This document shows positions 47,722-51,418 of a DNA stretch of 51,418 nt, piece by piece. A model generated the notes under the pieces. That model saw only the letters and a program-made list of their open reading frames with translations, did no database searches and had not been told where the DNA came from. The stretch covers positions 1 to 51,418 of the forward strand of contig JBEEFQ010000270.1 of NCBI GenBank assembly GCA_041166245.1. Direction: 5' to 3'. The position numbers were made by a program, and so were the translations under genes. The DNA comes from Actinomycetota bacterium. GTDB taxonomy: Bacteria > Actinomycetota > Acidimicrobiia > Acidimicrobiales > JAFATL01. Numbering within the stretch: position 1 is the stretch's first letter; the number at the start of each line of letters is the position of its first letter.

Positions 47722-49309
47722 CCGACTCGTCGGTGCCGAGGTAGGACTCGATCACCCGGGGGTGCTCGAGCACCTCGGTGGGTGTGCCGCGGGCGATGAC
47801 GCCCCCGAGCTCGAGGGCGACCATCTCGTCGCAGATCGACGACAGCAGCGGCATGTCGTGCTCGATCACCAGCAGCGAACAGCCCGTGTGGTCGCGCACG
47901 CGCAGGAGCAGCGGCGCCAGCGCCTCGGACTCGCGCAGGGCCACGCCCGACGACGGCTCGTCGAGCAGGAGCACACTGGGGTCCTGGGCCAGGATGCAGG
48001 CCAGGTCGACGATGCGGCGGCTCCCGGTGGAGAGCTCGCTCACCAGCTTCTCGCGGAAGGCGCCCAGTCCCATCAGCTCGATGAGCTCCTCCACCCGCTC
48101 GTTGGCGGCCAGCTCTGACTCGTAGGCCGCGGGCAGGTGCAATGCGGCGGCCACCACGTCGCGCGACTGCAGGTGGCGCTCGAGCGCGACCGCGATCGTC
48201 TCCGCCACGGTGAGCGACGGGAACAGCCTGGCGTCCTGGAACGAGCGGCCGAGGCCGTTGGCGGCCCGGTCGTACGCGGGCCAGTCGCTGATGTCGTGGC
48301 CTCGCAGCAGCACCCGGCCGCCGTCGATGGTGAGGAACCCCGACACGCAGTCCAGCAGCGTGGTCTTGCCCGCCCCGTTCTGACCGATGAGCCCGAGGAT
48401 CCGCCCCTTGTGCAGCTCGATGTCCACCCCGTCGACCGCTCGGATCCCCCCGAACCGCTTGGTCACCTCTCGGCACTCGAGCACGACCTGCGTGTCCCCC
48501 AGCGAACTCGCCCGGTTGGTCCCGGTATTCGGGGATGAACCGGGCGAGTCCGCTGACTTCTTGGTCTTGCCGTTGTTGTCGCGGGCGTTGGCGCCGGCGA
48601 TGAAGACGGAGCGGAGGATGTCGGGGCGGTCGAGGAGCTCGACGGTGGGGCCCTCGAAGCGAACCTCCCCCTTCTCCATGAACAGGGCTCGCTGGGCGAG
48701 GGTGAGGGCCACGTTCACCGACTGCTCGACGAGCACGATGGTGGTGCCCAGCTCGTGGATGCGGCGCACGACATCGAGGAGCTGGCCGACGACGGTCGGC
48801 GCCAACCCGAGCGACAGCTCGTCGATCATGAGCAGCGACGGCCGGCAGATGAACGACTGCGCGAGCGCCAGCATCTGCTGCTCGCCGCCCGAGAGGTTGC
48901 CCGCCATCTCGTTGATGCGCTTCTCGAGGATCGGGAACAGATCGAGCACACGCGCCCGCGCCTCGGCCACCGCGCTCGGGTCGTTGCGCAGCAGCCAGCC
49001 CGCGAGCCGCAGGTTCTCCTCGACGGAGAGCGTCGGGAACACGCCCTTGCCGCCGGGCATGAGGGAGATACCGACCCGGGTCACCACGTCGGCCGGCTTG
49101 CCGGTGATCTCGGATCCCTGGAACTCGACGGTGCCGTGGGTCGGCTTCACGAGACCGGTGACGGCCTTGAGCAGCGTGGACTTGCCCGCTCCGTTGGTGC
49201 CGAGCAGGGCGACGATCTCGCCCTCGGTCACCTCCAGGTCGACGCCGAAGAGCACCTGCACCGGCCCGTAGGAGACGTCGAGGTCCTTGCAGCGGAGGAT
49301 TGCGCTCAC
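47660..49309 (-). CDS. Tandem LivF-LivG ABC ATPase fusion (549 aa)
   Basis: GTNGAGKST...LSGGEQQML...VEQ, then GQNGAGKTT...LSTG...DEPSSG...IEHD; GTGA overlap with the permease. Confidence 0.92.
   Translation of the reverse strand: MSAILRCKDLDVSYGPVQVLFGVDLEVTEGEIVALLGTNGAGKSTLLKAVTGLVKPTHGTVEFQGSEITGKPADVVTRVGISLMPGGKGVFPTLSVEENLRLAGWLLRNDPSAVAEARARVLDLFPILEKRINEMAGNLSGGEQQMLALAQSFICRPSLLMIDELSLGLAPTVVGQLLDVVRRIHELGTTIVLVEQSVNVALTLAQRALFMEKGEVRFEGPTVELLDRPDILRSVFIAGANARDNNGKTKKSADSPGSSPNTGTNRASSLGDTQVVLECREVTKRFGGIRAVDGVDIELHKGRILGLIGQNGAGKTTLLDCVSGFLTIDGGRVLLRGHDISDWPAYDRAANGLGRSFQDARLFPSLTVAETIAVALERHLQSRDVVAAALHLPAAYESELAANERVEELIELMGLGAFREKLVSELSTGSRRIVDLACILAQDPSVLLLDEPSSGVALRESEALAPLLLRVRDHTGCSLLVIEHDMPLLSSICDEMVALELGGVIARGTPTEVLEHPRVIESYLGTDESVIRRSGKQSRRRPTRARRAG
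48501..48554. repeat. Palindrome embedded in frame in the inter-domain linker
   Basis: AGCGAACTCGCCCGGTT...AACCGGGCGAGTCCGCT; shares the GCGAACTCG start with the 5678 element. Confidence 0.8.
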
Positions 49310-51418
49310 GCGTCGACCTTCTCGGGCTCGTCGCTCAGCGCGGTGGCGAGGAGGTCGACCTCGTCCTCGGGATGGTCCTCGTCGGGTGCGACTTCCTCGG
49401 TGCGCACGTCGGCCAACAGGCTGGGCACGACGATGCCCCGCCGGGCCGCGACCTGGCGCAGCGCGGCGTTGCGCACGGTGACGAGGGCCTGGGCCAGCCC
49501 GCCCCGCATGAACAGCAGGATGAACAGCAGGCCCGCACCTGTCACCAGCAGGCGCACGGGTCCGCTCACGATCTGCTCGAGCAGGCGCAGGCCGAAGACG
49601 CCGAGCAGCGCGCCGCCGATCGAACCGAGGCCGCCGATCACGGCCATGGAGAACACCTCGAGGGAGAGCGTCGGCTGGTAGGTGCCGGAGCCGGCGTGGT
49701 GCAGGACGACCACGTGCAGGCCGCCGGCCACGCCCGCGATCACGCCCGCGAGGATGAAGCCCGTCAGCTTGGCCGCCGTCGTCGGCACCGCGGCCGCGGC
49801 CGCGGCCCGCTCGTTCTCCTTGGTGGCGATGAGCACCCGGCCCGTGCGCGATCGGCGCACGCCGCGCGCGATCACGATGGTCAGCCCGAGCATGGCGAGA
49901 CAGACGTAGTAGGTGACGCGGGCCCGCTCCATCGGGAAGCGCCCCCACAGCACGGGTCGGTCGCCGATGTCAGGCGTCAGCCCCGCGAACACGTTGGGGT
50001 TGAGCACGTAGCTGTCGAGGGCGACCGCGAAGGCCAGCGTGGACACCGCGAGGAACGGCCCGCGGATCCTCAGCGCGGGCAGGCCCAGCAGAATGGCGAC
50101 GAACCCGCCCGCCGCGCCCGCGGCCAGCAGGGCGGTGAACAGGTCGACGTTCCAGTTCTCCAGGATGTTGCCGGTGACCACCGCGCCAATCCCCACGATG
50201 GCGAACTGGCCCAGGCTGATGTGCCCGCCCCATCCCGTGAGGATCACGAGGGAGATGGCGACCATGCCCCACACCAGGGCGAAGCTGATGAGGTCGACGA
50301 CGCTCGGACGATCGGCGTAGACGACGGGGATCAGCAGCCCGACGGCCAGCACGACCAGCGCCAGGCCCACCTTCACGCCGCGCACCTCGGGCAGGTGGGC
50401 GAGCTCCCGCGGGATGGCGCGCGCTACACCCGTGTCCGACCACGACGACGCGCTCGCGTCCTGGGCGCGGGTGAGCCGGTCGCGCCGGAGGAGGAGCGCA
50501 AGGAGGATGACGGCGAGGAAGGCCACGTCCACCGACGACGGCGGGTAGTTCCACAGGACGACCTGCTCGAGGATGCCGAGCGCCACGCCCGCGCCGAAGG
50601 CGACGGGCAGGCTCTCCATGCGCGCCACCACCGCGGCGGCCAGCGCCGGCAGCAGGATGCCGGGTCCGGTGAGTGCGCCCGACGTCGTCCCTGCGAACGG
50701 CGCCTTGAGGATGAAGGTCAACGTCGCCAGCCCGCCCGCGACCATCCACAGGATGGTGGAGAGGCGGCGGATGGGGATGCCGAGGAGCAGGGCCCGCTCG
50801 GTGTTCTCGGCTGCGGCTCGCACCGCGATACCCGCGTCGGTGCGCAGCAGGAACCAGGCCAGGCCGCTGATGACGAGGGGCACGACGGCGAGGATGGCGA
50901 AGTGCTTGCCCTGGAAGATGATCGGCTCGATCGTGAACGACACGTCGATGGGTGTCTCGAACGCGCCGAGAAACGGCGGAGCGTGCAGCCAGCGGGGGAT
51001 GAGCAGCTCGAAGCCGCCGAACACCTGGGCCAGCCCGATGGTGGCGACGGTGAGCACCAGCCGCGACGCGTTGGCGAAACGGCGGATGACCAGGAACTCC
51101 GTGAGCCCGCCGATGACGACGCCGAGCACCAGCCCGAGGCCCATGGCCAGCCAGTAGTTCCACCCCTTCTCGTAGAAGAGGTCGACGGCGAGGATGCCCG
51201 CCACGCCGCCCATCGACCCGTAGGCGAAGTTGATGATGCGGTTGGTGCGGTAGATGAGGATGAGCCCCATCGCCAGCAGCGCGGTCACCGTCCCCAACAC
51301 CGCCCCGACCACCACGATGGCCAGCGGTATCCCGCGGGGCATGACCGCCCCCGCCACCAACCACACCACCCACGCCCCGAGGACCCCCGCTGCGATCTTC
51401 TGCGGTCTCGAGGAAATA
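49306..51418 (-). CDS. Fused LivH-LivM ABC permease (frame open to the window edge; start uncertain or outside the window)
   Basis: GLILIYRTNRIINFA, GHISLGQ, PALRIRG, AVIGGLGS. Confidence 0.9.
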   Translation of the reverse strand, partial: ISSRPQKIAAGVLGAWVVWLVAGAVMPRGIPLAIVVVGAVLGTVTALLAMGLILIYRTNRIINFAYGSMGGVAGILAVDLFYEKGWNYWLAMGLGLVLGVVIGGLTEFLVIRRFANASRLVLTVATIGLAQVFGGFELLIPRWLHAPPFLGAFETPIDVSFTIEPIIFQGKHFAILAVVPLVISGLAWFLLRTDAGIAVRAAAENTERALLLGIPIRRLSTILWMVAGGLATLTFILKAPFAGTTSGALTGPGILLPALAAAVVARMESLPVAFGAGVALGILEQVVLWNYPPSSVDVAFLAVILLALLLRRDRLTRAQDASASSWSDTGVARAIPRELAHLPEVRGVKVGLALVVLAVGLLIPVVYADRPSVVDLISFALVWGMVAISLVILTGWGGHISLGQFAIVGIGAVVTGNILENWNVDLFTALLAAGAAGGFVAILLGLPALRIRGPFLAVSTLAFAVALDSYVLNPNVFAGLTPDIGDRPVLWGRFPMERARVTYYVCLAMLGLTIVIARGVRRSRTGRVLIATKENERAAAAAAVPTTAAKLTGFILAGVIAGVAGGLHVVVLHHAGSGTYQPTLSLEVFSMAVIGGLGSIGGALLGVFGLRLLEQIVSGPVRLLVTGAGLLFILLFMRGGLAQALVTVRNAALRQVAARRGIVVPSLLADVRTEEVAPDEDHPEDEVDLLATALSDEPEKVDA
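51406..51418. repeat. Start of another copy of the 13532 palindrome at the window end
   Basis: TCTCGAGGAAATA is the exact reverse complement of 13564-13576. Confidence 0.6.

Overview
High-GC, almost fully coding window from an actinobacterium (F420-type enzymes, HU with a PAKKA tail, FliA/FlgN of actinobacterial type; Acidimicrobiia-like is my inference). About 48 CDSs; no rRNA, tRNA, CRISPR, phage or transposase detected. Main blocks: (1) lipid/ester catabolic genes; (2) an unusual Liv-type ABC system whose LivF-like ATPase is fused to an MFS permease and whose LivG-like ATPase is fused to LivH-LivM, with a lipoprotein, two paralogous small membrane proteins and a membrane-anchored secreted protein, plus a differently fused second Liv system at the right end; (3) a GNAT + OSBS/NSAR + serine hydrolase operon (probable D-amino acid salvage) with a PucR regulator nearby; (4) an orphan flagellar-type module: FliA/WhiG-like sigma, pseudo-receiver regulator, short FlgN, and a 45-aa peptide ending like FlgL, with sigma28-type promoters before flgN and before a diguanylate cyclase; (5) a surface-glycan locus (MurG paralog, CBS-nucleotidyltransferase, two SDR dehydratases, WecA/MraY-DUF4012 fusion, small putative sorted protein); (6) several ~45-55 bp intergenic hairpins, some placed so that translation is preserved (coupled mini-ORFs or an in-frame linker). 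All functional calls come from motif recognition by eye, not database searches; several start codons are best guesses.
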